Part shown: one piece after another, positions 33,574 to 44,232 of the stretch
How positions within the stretch are numbered: position 1 is the stretch's first letter
How the letters are laid out: each line of letters starts with the position of its first letter
Position numbers and translations under genes: made by a program
The notes under the pieces: model-generated
What the model was told of the DNA's origin: nothing
Database searches by the model: none
Seen by the model: the letters and a program-made list of their open reading frames with translations, nothing else
Origin: Escherichia coli
GTDB lineage: Bacteria; Pseudomonadota; Gammaproteobacteria; Enterobacterales; Enterobacteriaceae
DNA length: 64,000 bases
Strand: one strand, 5' to 3'
Assembly (NCBI RefSeq): GCF_045037415.1
Contig: NZ_CP173439.1

Positions 33574-33817
33574 CGAAGGGTTCCTTATATTTCTGAATAA
33601 TTCTGTCGATTAGTTCTTTCACCGGAACAGATTTTCCGCCACCGGATTGTCCGGCAACCACAATATGCCCCGGAGAAGAAAATAAACGCATCGACATTCC
33701 CTCCTTCATCACACCGACAGCAGCCATATTAAAATTGTGCGGCAATGATTCAGAACCGAATTTCTTCAGTGCAGGAAGAACTATCCTTGTGGTGCAGTTA
33801 CTGAGAACAGCATGCAT
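33566..33817 (-). CDS. trbD: TrbD-like small protein (start uncertain)
   Basis: ORF between traP and trbG; several candidate starts. Confidence 0.4.
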   Translation of the reverse strand: MHAVLSNCTTRIVLPALKKFGSESLPHNFNMAAVGVMKEGMSMRLFSSPGHIVVAGQSGGGKSVPVKELIDRIIQKYKEPFDE

Positions 33818-33872
33818 AAAATCATCTGATACGTTTTTATCCGGCACAGCGCGGGCAGTAATAACATTAATA

Positions 33873-34463
33873 TTACGCATGTTCATTTTTATCTCCGTTG
33901 CTTCTGTTTGTTCTGTCATCATGGAAATAAACAGGGCATTTCCTGATTTTTTCCGGCAGGGAAGCGTCTTCCGTATAAACTTCCTTCAGATGTTCATCTG
34001 CGGTTCCCACCCGGACACATTTCATTTTTCCGGGCCACATCGGATATTTCCCGGTGCCTGCCGCAAACGACATATACATCAGTGCCAGCGTTGCCCAGAA
34101 TGCGGTGACCAGTTGCATCAGTGACCGGTCAGTCTCCCTGACATAATCTGCAGCATCAGCCGCGCGGTAATGGCAGATATCCTGTATTTCTGATCTGCCT
34201 GAAGAATCAGAGGAAGAAAACCAGCATTCACTGACCGGGAACTGTCCGGCAGGTGCTGTTTGTCTTACGAAGTTAATCTCCTTAACCAGTAATTTCCCCG
34301 GCGTGGTGTTGTCCTTCCATAAAACAAACAGAGCCATCAGGGCCATTGTGGCCAGTGGCAGAATGACGGTGTACTTCAGACACCAGAACAGTCCTCGCAG
34401 AACCCGGGCGACAACATACCGGGCGGCATGGCACGCCTGACGGGACGACATATTATTTGCCAT
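33873..34463 (-). CDS. traP: TraP
   Basis: 196-aa membrane protein between traB and trbD. Confidence 0.8.
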   Translation of the reverse strand: MANNMSSRQACHAARYVVARVLRGLFWCLKYTVILPLATMALMALFVLWKDNTTPGKLLVKEINFVRQTAPAGQFPVSECWFSSSDSSGRSEIQDICHYRAADAADYVRETDRSLMQLVTAFWATLALMYMSFAAGTGKYPMWPGKMKCVRVGTADEHLKEVYTEDASLPEKIRKCPVYFHDDRTNRSNGDKNEHA

Positions 34464-35880
34464 CGTTGCCTCCTCCCTGGCTGCCGGACATAAACTGCTG
34501 CGGATTCAGGTTGCCCAGCTGCTTCAGCATCTGGTCAGTATTAAAGCCGTTAAGATGACTTTCAGCTGATGGCGGAACAGGAACCGGACTTTCCGGATTA
34601 TCTTCTTCCGCTCTGTTCTGCGTGCGCTCCAGCGCCATCTCTTCCACGGTTTTCAGCTGGAAGCCGTCCTGGAACACCACGGTCACTTCGTTGCCCGCAC
34701 CAATCGGTATCACCGGGTGATACTGTTCGGCACGTTTGATGTAGTAGTCACTGAGCGTCTGTGCGGCTTTCGATGCGCCGCCACCGATACCCATTTTCAG
34801 GACATCACCAGCCCCGTAAGCGGCTGTGGCACCCAGCCCGACAGCCGGCTGGGAGGCGCGCTCCATTCCCTGACCGATACCGTCAACAAATCCCGCGCCC
34901 CATGCCCAGCCGAGGATTTTGCCGTTACGCATCACCACTTCGCCCTTGATACCGTTTTTACCCCGGAAGCTGACATGCCCCTTAATCGGCATATCAATAG
35001 TTTTGCCGTCCTTCAGGCAACTGATATTGCGGGTGCGTACAATGGCACGCTCACTGGACACATCCCCCCAGGCTTCCAGCCCCACAAAACATCCCGTTGC
35101 GTCATACGTCTTGCTGTTCGGCATTTCCACCAGGCCGGTGATACGCAACTGCATCGGCACCGTGGATTCATTACCGGTGACTGAGGCATTGGCATCCGCC
35201 CCTTCAATCAGCATGGCTTTCGCAAAACTTCCTGACGGAATGTACGGCAGCGATGTTCCCTGTTTTCCCTCATTACGGGTAAACACCTTACGCTGTATCC
35301 GGTTAGGCACCGGCACAGACTGGTACGTCACCTGTGGTGGTGGCGTGACACCATTCCCGGGATAAAACGCCGTCGGCGGTGGAACAGCAACGCTGCCCTG
35401 CGGCGGGAAGGATACGGGGGTGTTTCCTGGCTGTGGTTCGCCTTCCGGCCCGGGCGGTGAGGCAGGCATCTGAGGTACAGGCTCACCGGTCGCCGTGACG
35501 GGATTAGCACCCAGGGCTTTTACCTGCTCTGCCAGGGCAGCATTATCCTGTCCCAGCTTTTCAATACGACGCTGGTCATCACCGCGCTGTTTGTTCAGGA
35601 CATCCAGTTCACGACGGATTTCCTCATACTGCTTCTGCATCTGCGCTGCCGTCACCTGCATCTCTGTGGTGGCATGCTGACGCACCTTGTCATCAAAGGT
35701 CGTATCCACCACACCGGTCATATCCGGCACAGGCTCCTGTTCAGCCACGGTTTCACCGTTACCGGACATGTCCACATCAGACAGATACAGTGCCCCACCA
35801 ATCGCGGAGGCTGCACCGACAACCACAATCCCCAGCCACAGGTACTGCTTGCGTTTCACAATGGTATTGATACTGGCCAT
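34453..35880 (-). CDS. traB: TraB (VirB10-like T4SS core)
   Basis: 475 aa, N-terminal TM, Pro-rich region, C-terminal VirB10-like domain. Confidence 0.9.
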   Translation of the reverse strand: MASINTIVKRKQYLWLGIVVVGAASAIGGALYLSDVDMSGNGETVAEQEPVPDMTGVVDTTFDDKVRQHATTEMQVTAAQMQKQYEEIRRELDVLNKQRGDDQRRIEKLGQDNAALAEQVKALGANPVTATGEPVPQMPASPPGPEGEPQPGNTPVSFPPQGSVAVPPPTAFYPGNGVTPPPQVTYQSVPVPNRIQRKVFTRNEGKQGTSLPYIPSGSFAKAMLIEGADANASVTGNESTVPMQLRITGLVEMPNSKTYDATGCFVGLEAWGDVSSERAIVRTRNISCLKDGKTIDMPIKGHVSFRGKNGIKGEVVMRNGKILGWAWGAGFVDGIGQGMERASQPAVGLGATAAYGAGDVLKMGIGGGASKAAQTLSDYYIKRAEQYHPVIPIGAGNEVTVVFQDGFQLKTVEEMALERTQNRAEEDNPESPVPVPPSAESHLNGFNTDQMLKQLGNLNPQQFMSGSQGGGNDGK

Positions 35881-36608
35881 CAGTTGCCCTCCCCGTCACG
35901 GATGACATACACATCCATGCGCGCACCTGCCAGTAACTGGCTGGCAGGCTGGCTGAACATCACGGCACGGGTTCCCGGCTGCCAGAAATCACTTTCCCGG
36001 ATATTCAGGGCAGACAGCGTTTTATTTTCCACGGCAAAGCGGACCATCTTCAGGTGATTCCCCGTCCATACGGCATCTGCCACTGAAGACAGCCCCGCCG
36101 GGGCCTGCAGGGTTTCCTTTGTCACAGGAACCTGATACCAGCCGGCGGGTAATTTTCCGCCACGGACAGCCTGGCTGATGGTCACAAGCAGGGATTCGTA
36201 AGGCGTGGACGTTTCCCACGCGCCGGCTTCTTCTCCGGTTCCGCGCAGGTCACTGACCAGCTGAATGGTACGCCCCGCGCCTTCACGGGGAACAGCCTGA
36301 ATGGAAAGGTTCAGACCACGTTCTGTTTCCAGAATGAACGTAAAGGGCTTTTTGTTGACGGTGGCCACCACCACACCGCCGGAGGCGGTCTGCTCATTAT
36401 TGGTCAGGGCACCATCCAGACTGTTCACGGCGATAATCCGGTCACCGGGAACGGTAAACAGATTCGGGCTGGTATTGCTGATGGCAATACTGGCCTGACC
36501 ACCGTTCACCATTGGCACCACGGTGGGGGCCAGCGTACCGTTTGCGGCCATCACGCTGCAGGAAAAAAACAGGCTGCCGAATATTATTGCCGTATTATTT
36601 TTTCTCAT
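35880..36608 (-). CDS. traK: TraK (VirB9/secretin-like)
   Basis: 242 aa with signal peptide; gene order. Confidence 0.9.
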   Translation of the reverse strand: MRKNNTAIIFGSLFFSCSVMAANGTLAPTVVPMVNGGQASIAISNTSPNLFTVPGDRIIAVNSLDGALTNNEQTASGGVVVATVNKKPFTFILETERGLNLSIQAVPREGAGRTIQLVSDLRGTGEEAGAWETSTPYESLLVTISQAVRGGKLPAGWYQVPVTKETLQAPAGLSSVADAVWTGNHLKMVRFAVENKTLSALNIRESDFWQPGTRAVMFSQPASQLLAGARMDVYVIRDGEGN

Positions 36609-37161
36609 CGTCTGTTTCCCCGAAATTATCCAGCCAGGTCACCCCGTTTTCCCGCTTCAGAATAAGGATGTAATGTTTGATATCAATAAAAGGTTCGGAG
36701 TTACCAATCCATGTTTTCCGAATTCCACGGATTTCCACACGACCATACTGAGGCCAGACACGGACACTGGTCTGGAAAAAAGCAGAATTCACGTTATCTT
36801 TTTTAATGAGTTTCGCTTCTTCAGCCAGAATAACTTTCATCTGGTTCTGTGCGCCCGGGCGGATATATTGCAGAAGCGCCTGATGTGAGGCATCGACGAT
36901 TTCCGGTGAGACATTCAGACGGAGGGCAATAAATGACAGCGCCATCTGCTGCAAATAAGAGGCATCGGCACTGTTCTGTGACACGGCAAAGGGCACATTA
37001 AATCCCATTGGCGTCACGGCAGTGCGTTGCTCATTCTGAAGGCGGTAGTTATTCACCCCCTGAATGACGTTAACAGAGAGGCTGAGAACAATAAGCACTG
37101 ACATAAATATAAAGGCGATGGCCATTACACGACTGGTACTTAAACGGGCACCGTGTTCCAT
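36595..37161 (-). CDS. traE: TraE (VirB5-like pilus assembly)
   Basis: 188 aa with N-terminal TM. Confidence 0.9.
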   Translation of the reverse strand: MEHGARLSTSRVMAIAFIFMSVLIVLSLSVNVIQGVNNYRLQNEQRTAVTPMGFNVPFAVSQNSADASYLQQMALSFIALRLNVSPEIVDASHQALLQYIRPGAQNQMKVILAEEAKLIKKDNVNSAFFQTSVRVWPQYGRVEIRGIRKTWIGNSEPFIDIKHYILILKRENGVTWLDNFGETDDEKK

Positions 37162-37182
37162 ATAACAATCCTGGTATCAGTT

Positions 37183-37494
37183 CTATTTAATCCACTGCCG
37201 GAAACACGAATCGGGAACATTATGAAAAATACCGCGCAGCAGGGCTGTTGGCATATACCAGTAAATCAGGTCACGTAACCAGGAACTGCCTCGCCCTTTT
37301 TTCAGTTTTTTAATCCCGAAATAAACCAGAACCGCTGCACCAATACCGAACAGATATTTCGATGTTGTGATACCCCAGCCAACACAGATTGCTGCGGGGA
37401 TCAGTTCATCCAGTGGCAGGCCAAACCAGCGGCTCTGGTTGGTCAGTGTTTCCGGGAAACGATATTTCTTAAGTTTATTCTCGTCTCCCGACAT
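37183..37494 (-). CDS. traL: TraL
   Basis: Small membrane protein following traA. Confidence 0.85.
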   Translation of the reverse strand: MSGDENKLKKYRFPETLTNQSRWFGLPLDELIPAAICVGWGITTSKYLFGIGAAVLVYFGIKKLKKGRGSSWLRDLIYWYMPTALLRGIFHNVPDSCFRQWIK

Positions 37495-37508
37495 CGTTTT
37501 ATTTCCTG

Positions 37509-37868
37509 TCAGAATCCGGCAACAGACATACCTACTGCAATAAATACAGAGAGTATGGCAAAGCCGACCAGGAACTTGACGTTTTTGGTCATCATGTACA
37601 TGACCGCACCGACCAGCACCTCAGCCAGAACAACCCATTTAACGATACTGGAGTCCTTACCGAAGGTCGCCTTAACCGTATCGTTACCTTTAGCCATCAG
37701 GTCGCCTTTACCAGCAGCCATAGCTAACTCAGGGAACAACATCATCAGAACAGCAACCGGGATCACTGCACGAACCAGGCGAAGCATATTCAGACGAGTG
37801 AATTTAGAAAAAAACGACTTCTTTTTGACGGGCGCAGAAGCACCCTGAACACTTAAAACAGTATTCAT
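37509..37868 (-). CDS. traA: TraA propilin (F-pilin)
   Basis: 119 aa with long leader and pilin core [48 protein letters not shown]. Confidence 0.95.
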   Translation of the reverse strand: MNTVLSVQGASAPVKKKSFFSKFTRLNMLRLVRAVIPVAVLMMLFPELAMAAGKGDLMAKGNDTVKATFGKDSSIVKWVVLAEVLVGAVMYMMTKNVKFLVGFAILSVFIAVGMSVAGF

Positions 37869-37901
37869 ATGATTCCTCTGATTAATATTGACAGATGAAA
37901 A

Positions 37902-38129
37902 CTAAAGTTCTTTAAATGTTGACTCGTTCTCTTCGATCACCTCCCTGAATATTTCTTCATTATAGAAATCAGGAAACCGTTTCAGATGATCTCTGAGACG
38001 GATCTGAACCTCTATAGTTTTACTTCTACCGCTACGATCTTTGGCCCGAATAAGTCGGTTATTTGTATCTTCATCGAGATACACTGAAACTGTTCTGCTT
38101 ATCCCGCCTCTCGCGTTACGCCTCCTCAC
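37902..38129 (-). CDS. traY: TraY (relaxosome accessory, RHH)
   Basis: 75-aa basic protein between traJ and traA. Confidence 0.85.
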   Translation of the reverse strand: MRRRNARGGISRTVSVYLDEDTNNRLIRAKDRSGRSKTIEVQIRLRDHLKRFPDFYNEEIFREVIEENESTFKEL

Positions 38130-38222
38130 TCAATTCACCTCTGTTTCCCGACTAATAAAATCATGATTGCACAGAAACCGACGAAAAAAAACACGCCAAA
38201 ATTGGCGTGCCTTGTTTAACAT

Positions 38223-38909
38223 TTACTTAACACCATAAAATTCACGAATTATACTTAATAGCGAATCTATTTCTCCTTTATAGATACATGACACTCTGAA
38301 TAAATCAAAGTGTTCAAAAAATCCTTTTATTTTCCGTTTAACTGGTTTAATTCGATCCTCAGATGCTCTGTCTGTAATACCCAACTCTCTGGCAATTGTT
38401 GCGTGACCAACACCCAGCATATAAAAAGAGAAAACAACCAATGTCCCTGGAGAAAGATCATTCCATATCGTTAATTTATCAGAAGTATTTGTATTACTTC
38501 CACTCTGATTTAACGCAAAAAATGGATAATCAGGAAACGGATTAATTTGCCATAAAACAACAGATTCGTCATTATAAAAAGAAACATTCTCCATCCTTAT
38601 CTGATAGATTTCGCCATGAAAATTAAAACGACGACAAAATGCAGAGCCATGTCCAAGAGCCTGGCATTCCAGTTCAAGTGATGAAAGAAAAATTTCAACC
38701 TGCAGACGTATATAACTCTCTCCGGATAAGGGTTTATCTTCTCTGGAAAAGAGTTCAATAAAAGCCCCATTGGCATAAAGGATTTTCCGGTTGTTGTTAC
38801 GGACACAAACCGGAACGGGAGAATTTCTGTAGATATTCTGAACGTTAAGGATGTATTTATTTACAGATTGACTGTTAAGTGGCCTTTCTCTACGATCCAG
38901 CGCACACAT
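38223..38909 (-). CDS. traJ: TraJ transfer activator
   Basis: 228 aa from ATG 38909 with GGAGG RBS; C-terminal HTH. Confidence 0.85.
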   Translation of the reverse strand: MCALDRRERPLNSQSVNKYILNVQNIYRNSPVPVCVRNNNRKILYANGAFIELFSREDKPLSGESYIRLQVEIFLSSLELECQALGHGSAFCRRFNFHGEIYQIRMENVSFYNDESVVLWQINPFPDYPFFALNQSGSNTNTSDKLTIWNDLSPGTLVVFSFYMLGVGHATIARELGITDRASEDRIKPVKRKIKGFFEHFDLFRVSCIYKGEIDSLLSIIREFYGVK

Positions 38910-38979
38910 AGGAACCTCCGTTAAGGATTCTATGGACAGTCGATGCAGGGAGGTCTGAACTCCCTGCATCGGCGATTTT
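38900..38979 (+). ncRNA. finP: FinP antisense RNA (candidate)
   Basis: Opposite strand of the traJ RBS/start; hairpin GATGCAGGGAGGTCTGAACTCCCTGCATC followed by GGCGATTTT. Confidence 0.55.
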
Positions 38980-39102
38980 CAGTTTCAATTTTTAACGTGG
39001 CATTAACCACGTAATTAATATAACCTTTATGCGGTTAATTGTCATCAAATTGAACCAGATCAAAATCCTGTTATTTGAAGCAAATCAACTTTTAATTCCT
39101 TT

Positions 39103-39486
39103 TTATTCCTCATCATTTTCTGGAAAGAACCTCTCCATCTCAGATGACACCTTATCCCTGATATCTTCGACCATATTCGCATATTCAAACTTTGGATTCC
39201 CGGAAACATGAGGGCTTAGTGACTCAATACCTAAAATCTTAGCAACTGTTGACTGTGTTTTTACCGCACATTCAAGAAGTACCTTATTAAACTCAGCCTG
39301 ATTGAACGCTGACTCTTTACGCTCCATCTGAGCCTCATGTACACGAAGCCCTAATTCGAGAAGCATAGTGGATATGCTTGAGAAACTTACATCTGTACTT
39401 TTAGCTCCTTCTGCACGTCTTCTTTCCACAATTTTATTTATTTTATAGACAATTTCGTCACTGACATAAGCCTGCACTTTCGCCAT
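39103..39486 (-). CDS. traM: TraM relaxosome protein
   Basis: 127 aa, MAKVQAYVSDEIVYKINKIVERRRAEGAK. Confidence 0.95.
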   Translation of the reverse strand: MAKVQAYVSDEIVYKINKIVERRRAEGAKSTDVSFSSISTMLLELGLRVHEAQMERKESAFNQAEFNKVLLECAVKTQSTVAKILGIESLSPHVSGNPKFEYANMVEDIRDKVSSEMERFFPENDEE

Positions 39487-39499
39487 ATGTATACCTCTT

Positions 39500-39900
39500 T
39501 ATTTTCTTATCGCATCAAATTTATTTCACATATAAAAAAATGACAATTCATCGATGAATCGAATCGTGACGCAAGTTACGAAAATTACGATTCATGCAGC
39601 AAATCACATCACGAATTGAATCTAGAGTCAATTCGCTTTAACTCGTTGTTTTATTATTACTGATTCATCTATGAGTTGCGTTAAATTCATAGGTGAATCA
39701 TATGCGATTCACCTATGAATCCTTTTTATAATGTAAAATAAATTAAAATACATTATTTAAAACATAAGTTAATGATTCAAATAGCAAATCAGCAAAAACT
39801 TGTTTTTGCGTAGTGTGTGGTGCTTTTGGTGGTGAGAACCACCAACCTGTTGAGCCTTTTTGTGGAGTGGGTTAAATTATTTACGGATAAAGTCACCAGA
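39500..39900 (+). other. oriT: oriT region with F-like nic site
   Basis: Between traM and gene X; GCGTAGTGTGTGGTGCTTTTGG at about 39810-39832 resembles the F nic region; AT-rich tract and inverted repeats upstream. Confidence 0.7.
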
Positions 39901-39909
39901 GGTGGGAAA

Positions 39910-40419
39910 ATGAAAAAATGGATGTTAGCCATCTGCCTGATGTTTATAAATGAGATCTGCCAGGCCACTGATTGCTTTGATCTTGCAGGCCGGGATTACA
40001 AAATAGATCCTGATTTACTGAGAGCAATATCATGGAAAGAATCCCGTTACCGGGTTAATGCCATCGGTATTAATCCGGTAACGGGATATGGCAGCGGACT
40101 GATGCAGGTAGATTCCCAGCATTTTAACGAACTGGCCCGCTATGGAATTAAGCCGGAACATCTGACAACAGATCCCTGCATGAACATTTATACCGGTGCT
40201 TATTATCTGGCAATAGCCTTTAAAAAATGGGGCGTCTCCTGGGAGGCCGTTGGTGCATACAATGCCGGATTCAGGAAGACCGAACGCCAGAACCAGAGAC
40301 GTCTTGCCTACGCATCAGAGGTTTACCGGATTTATACCGGGATAAAAAGCAGTAAAGGTATCCGGATTCCGGTCACGAAGAAATCACTTCCGGAAATCAA
40401 CAGCGTGCAGAACAATTAA
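39910..40419 (+). CDS. Lytic transglycosylase (F gene X / orf169-like)
   Basis: 169 aa, signal peptide, SLT motifs ISWKESRY and AYNAG. Confidence 0.85.
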   Translation: MKKWMLAICLMFINEICQATDCFDLAGRDYKIDPDLLRAISWKESRYRVNAIGINPVTGYGSGLMQVDSQHFNELARYGIKPEHLTTDPCMNIYTGAYYLAIAFKKWGVSWEAVGAYNAGFRKTERQNQRRLAYASEVYRIYTGIKSSKGIRIPVTKKSLPEINSVQNN

Positions 40420-40713
40420 TCTTACAGACATTGTCAGATACCGGTTATGCCGCAAAAGCGGCATGAAGGCCACACACAAAAATATCATATGAGTGACAAT
40501 GCTGACTGGCCGAAGCCCCGCGAAGCGGGAACCCATCTTATATATACCCGGTAACTGCGCAGCCTCCTGCCAGACCATTTTTCGCGGGCACAATATTTAC
40601 AGACAACCGGAAAGCCGGTTGATGGAATTGAGGTATATCAGACGACACAGCGATGCCGAAGAATGATAATATAAGTAAAGCCCCGAAAAATTTTCGGGGC
40701 TTTACTTATATTA

Positions 40714-41535
40714 TCATGACTTCCACTTTCTGAACTGTTCGGCAATCACCCATAACGCCTTGTTGATTCTTATATCACCATCAATACCTGTAATGGCTCT
40801 TGTCCTGGTATTTTTCCCGGAGGCACTTCGCCCCGATAATCCACCTTTTATCATATTCTCCTGAACCCGCTGCCAGGTTGTCCAGAGATCGTTCTGTTTG
40901 TCTTCCCGACGACGGGGAGTAATTATCTGTTCAGGTGTCACTGGCGTTTTATTTTCATCTTCATACCTGACCATCAGTGCAGCTCTGCCAAATAAATGTT
41001 GCTCGTCACTGTTAAGATGAATTTCTTTCATCGCCTCCATATTATCAGTGACCTTATCAAAGACACCGAGCACTTCATACGCTCCCTCGATAACCTGCCC
41101 GACAATATCACCTTTATGTGGAACGCGGATTTCGCCAAAATTATTTCCGCACACCAGGCCATTTGTGCAGACAAAACGAAAAATTCCGGGGATCATCTGA
41201 TAACTGGATGAACCATCATGTGAATTAAGCAGGATAATTTCAGGAACTTCCTGTCCGTTAATATGCCCTTCCCTGCGAAGACGTAACATATGTTTACTGT
41301 ATTCGCGACGTCCCAAATCACGAACCCGACTCTGACAGGCAAAGAATGGCTGGAAACCTTCATCACGTAACTTATTGATGATATTGATTGTTGGAATATA
41401 CGTATAACGTTCACTCCGGGACTCATGTTTATCACCGGAAAATACCGAAGGCACGAACTGCATTAATTCATCATCCGTTAAAGGACGTTCACGGCGGATG
41501 GAATTATACCGACCAAAACGGGAAGCTAATCGCAT
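40714..41535 (-). CDS. Leading-region conserved protein of unknown function (273 aa)
   Basis: AAGGAG RBS before ATG 41535; position typical of F-like leading regions. Confidence 0.6.
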   Translation of the reverse strand: MRLASRFGRYNSIRRERPLTDDELMQFVPSVFSGDKHESRSERYTYIPTINIINKLRDEGFQPFFACQSRVRDLGRREYSKHMLRLRREGHINGQEVPEIILLNSHDGSSSYQMIPGIFRFVCTNGLVCGNNFGEIRVPHKGDIVGQVIEGAYEVLGVFDKVTDNMEAMKEIHLNSDEQHLFGRAALMVRYEDENKTPVTPEQIITPRRREDKQNDLWTTWQRVQENMIKGGLSGRSASGKNTRTRAITGIDGDIRINKALWVIAEQFRKWKS

Positions 41536-41655
41536 AACAGCTACTCCTTTATGAAAGAATAAATTTAATAAAAAATTTTTCCGCTTAATATCATCCCCCC
41601 CCCGATCTCCATTAACAAGATTGCAACAATCAGGAGGGATATTCATCACATCCGG

Positions 41656-41943
41656 TCAGCAGATCGCCCGGATATCGAGGCCGGCACGCTTAATCTGACG
41701 CAGGAACTGTTTGAAGTGATCGGCTTCCGCAATGTTGATATGGCGGAACTGCTTATCCACACCCTGACTGAGCGCGTAGCTATAACTGAAGGCCATCTTT
41801 TCCGGGTGGCTTTTGCGATATTTTTTCAGCTCAGTCAGGCTGCTGAATTCCAGGACGTCCCACTCTTCCCCGGTGTTTTTTTTCTTCCCGGCAACAAGAA
41901 GCGTGTACGACGCGGTGTTAACGTGGATATTTCGGGTACTCAT
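41656..41943 (-). CDS. Leading-region small protein (95 aa)
   Basis: ORF directly downstream of repeat copy 1. Confidence 0.45.
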   Translation of the reverse strand: MSTRNIHVNTASYTLLVAGKKKNTGEEWDVLEFSSLTELKKYRKSHPEKMAFSYSYALSQGVDKQFRHINIAEADHFKQFLRQIKRAGLDIRAIC

Positions 41944-41964
41944 CCTGCTTTCTCCTCTCTCTGG

Positions 41965-42317
41965 TTTTCAGCCCCCATCATCTGTTGAGTTTCGGGACCC
42001 GCCGCAACGACGTGAAGCGCGGTTTGCGAAACGGCGTTGCGCCTTACATCCCGGCGGCCTTTTGCCGGGATGCCAGGAGCGCAGGCCACGGCGCGACAGA
42101 GGCGGCGCGACCGGAACGGTCGCTGCAAGCCCGGGGTTTTCACGCATCGGACCGTAGCGACAGCCCGAAACCGCGCCAGCGGGTTCGGCGGAGACTGGCA
42201 GGTGCGCCAGCAGCTGCCAGTCGGAGTCGGGCCTGACGACCGGATGCCGCCAGGCAGCCGGGAGCCGAAGGTGCGCCCGGCAGACAGGACAACACTGCAG
42301 TAGTCAGAATCAGAGCA
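41965..42317 (+). repeat. Structured GC-rich leading-region repeat, copy 1 (short form; ssi/Frpo-like)
   Basis: About 350 bp near-identical to the outer parts of copies at 47113 and 50479; many hairpins (CCCGGCGGCCTTTTGCCGGG). Confidence 0.7.
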
Positions 42318-42589
42318 GGAAGAAAAAGAGAATAATCACAGGGAAGGTGATGTGATTTCTGACAGGCCATAACCAGAGAAGGCGGGGGAAAAGAACGGGC
42401 GCCGCAGGCGCACGTTCATCCCCGTTCCTGAAGGGAAACGACCTTCCTGAAGTCAGGTTGTTCATGCCCGTACAACATCAGCAAGGAGAAAGGGGCTACC
42501 GGCGAACCAGCAGCCCCTTTATAAAGGCGCTTCAGTAGTCAGACCAGCATCAGTCCTGAAAAGGCGGGCCTGCGCCCGCCTCCAGGTTG

Positions 42590-42748
42590 CTACTTACCGG
42601 ATTCGTAAGCCATGAAAGCCGCCACCTCCCTGTGTCCGTCTCTGTAACGAATCTCGCACAGCGATTTTCGTGTCAGATAAGTGAATATCAACAGTGTGAG
42701 ACACACGATCAACACACACCAGACAAGGGAACTTCGTGGTAGTTTCAT
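42590..42748 (-). CDS. hok: Hok/FlmA-family membrane toxin
   Basis: 52-aa [55 protein letters not shown]. Confidence 0.9.
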   Translation of the reverse strand: MKLPRSSLVWCVLIVCLTLLIFTYLTRKSLCEIRYRDGHREVAAFMAYESGK

Positions 42749-42806
42749 GGCCTTCTTCTCCTTGCGCAAAGCGCGGTAAGAGGCTATCCTGATGTGGACT
42801 AGACAT
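42594..42806 (-). CDS. mok: Mok/FlmC overlapping leader ORF
   Basis: 70-aa ORF overlapping hok in another frame. Confidence 0.6.
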   Translation of the reverse strand: MSSPHQDSLLPRFAQGEEGHETTTKFPCLVCVDRVSHTVDIHLSDTKIAVRDSLQRRTQGGGGFHGLRIR

Positions 42807-42860
42807 AGGGATGCCTCGTGGTGGTTAATGAAAATTAACTTACTACGGGGCTATCTTCTT
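42780..42860 (+). ncRNA. sok: Sok/FlmB antisense RNA (approximate position)
   Basis: Inferred from hok/mok architecture only; ends not determined. Confidence 0.3.
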
Positions 42861-43027
42861 TCTGCCACACAACACGACAACAAACCACCTTCACGTCATG
42901 AGGCAGAAAGCCTCAAGCGCCGGGCACATCATAGCCCATATACCTGCACGCTGACCACACTCACTTTCCCTGAAAATAATCCGCTCATTCAGACCGTTCA
43001 CGGGAAATCCGTGTGATTGTTGCCGCA

Positions 43028-43747
43028 TCACGCTGCCTCCCGGAGTTTGTTCGGCACCATCCACCGCTCCATCTCACGGACAGCGTGACCGGCCTCTCTT
43101 GCTGCAAGACTGGCTTCCGCAATAACCTGCCAGAACGGCATATCCTGCCACTGCCAGCGTTCCATTCCGGCCAGTGACGGAAAACGCTCGCCCCACTGCC
43201 AGAACAGGGTTTCCAGGTCATGCTCTGCCACCCGGTCACTCCAGCGTGCATGCCAGCTTCCGACTGTTTCCGGTGAATGGAACGCCAGTTCGATTTCAGC
43301 CTGGGCGACCAGCGCCTGGTACGCACGGGCTTTCTGCTCTGCCTCCCGTGCCTGCTGGCGGCTGTACTTCTGCATGACCAGCGCGGATTTATGGCGACTG
43401 CGTTCCCTGACACGAAACCGCACCGACGGGAACAACCGCTCTGCTGCATCACCGGGAAGGGGAAGGAGGCAGACCTCGCCCTGTGTTTCAATCAGCACAT
43501 CGATGGCATACAGCCACTGAAGACGGTTGCCGTGCAGTTCTTCTGCGGTCAGGGACGGCATGAAAAATCGCAGGTCAGACAGCGATATCCTGCGGCTTCC
43601 GTTCAGACAGCGGAAAAACGCCCCCGCATACGGATATTCAGCCAGCGTGTTACCCTGATGGCGGCGTTTTTCGGTCTCCGCCACCGCCCGCCATGCGGCC
43701 TGTTGCTCTGTGCTGAGAGGAACCAGTGCCTGTGAACGTGCGCTCAT
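43028..43747 (-). CDS. psiA: PsiA
   Basis: 239 aa, overlaps psiB stop. Confidence 0.9.
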   Translation of the reverse strand: MSARSQALVPLSTEQQAAWRAVAETEKRRHQGNTLAEYPYAGAFFRCLNGSRRISLSDLRFFMPSLTAEELHGNRLQWLYAIDVLIETQGEVCLLPLPGDAAERLFPSVRFRVRERSRHKSALVMQKYSRQQAREAEQKARAYQALVAQAEIELAFHSPETVGSWHARWSDRVAEHDLETLFWQWGERFPSLAGMERWQWQDMPFWQVIAEASLAAREAGHAVREMERWMVPNKLREAA

Positions 43748-44178
43748 GCCTGACCCCCTTCCGCCATCAGGATATGGATGATGTCACTGACGCTGTACCC
43801 CTGCGCGTCCAGTGACGCCGCCAGTGCCAGTGAATGGCTGACGGCTTCCGGTGCAAACCGCCGCTGTACCTGAACCACCGCAAACGGCTCACCACCGGCA
43901 TTCACCAGAACCAGCACCCAGACCTGAGAGACATCGCCCGGTGAACATAACGCCAGGTGAAAACGTTCGTGGGCAGGCGTGAAACGGACCTGGACGGGGA
44001 AAAATCCGCCAAACTCGCTGCCGTACTCGCCGTTCATCGTCCAGTTGTCCGGCGCATCCAGCTCCCGCATCACGGCGTGTGTCAGCTCACGGCGTTCATC
44101 ACTTCCGGCAGCCCGGATATCTTCATATTCCTGTGCGTTCATGGTCTGTAATACATTCAGGGTCAGTTCAGTTTTCAT
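43744..44178 (-). CDS. psiB: PsiB (SOS inhibitor)
   Basis: About 144 aa, [20 protein letters not shown]. Confidence 0.9.
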   Translation of the reverse strand: MKTELTLNVLQTMNAQEYEDIRAAGSDERRELTHAVMRELDAPDNWTMNGEYGSEFGGFFPVQVRFTPAHERFHLALCSPGDVSQVWVLVLVNAGGEPFAVVQVQRRFAPEAVSHSLALAASLDAQGYSVSDIIHILMAEGGQA

Positions 44179-44232
44179 CACGGTATCTCCCTTGCTGCCG
44201 CCCCGTCTCCGGCGGGGCGGTGTGGTTGTTCA

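Noticed and set aside
41940-42370. Recurring ORFs of 60-110 aa inside the three GC-rich repeats (also 47318..47841 and 50510..51078)
   Set aside because: Their near-identical Arg/Pro/Gly-rich translations recur only because the DNA is repeated; no start context and several overlapping frames; better explained as structured non-coding DNA.
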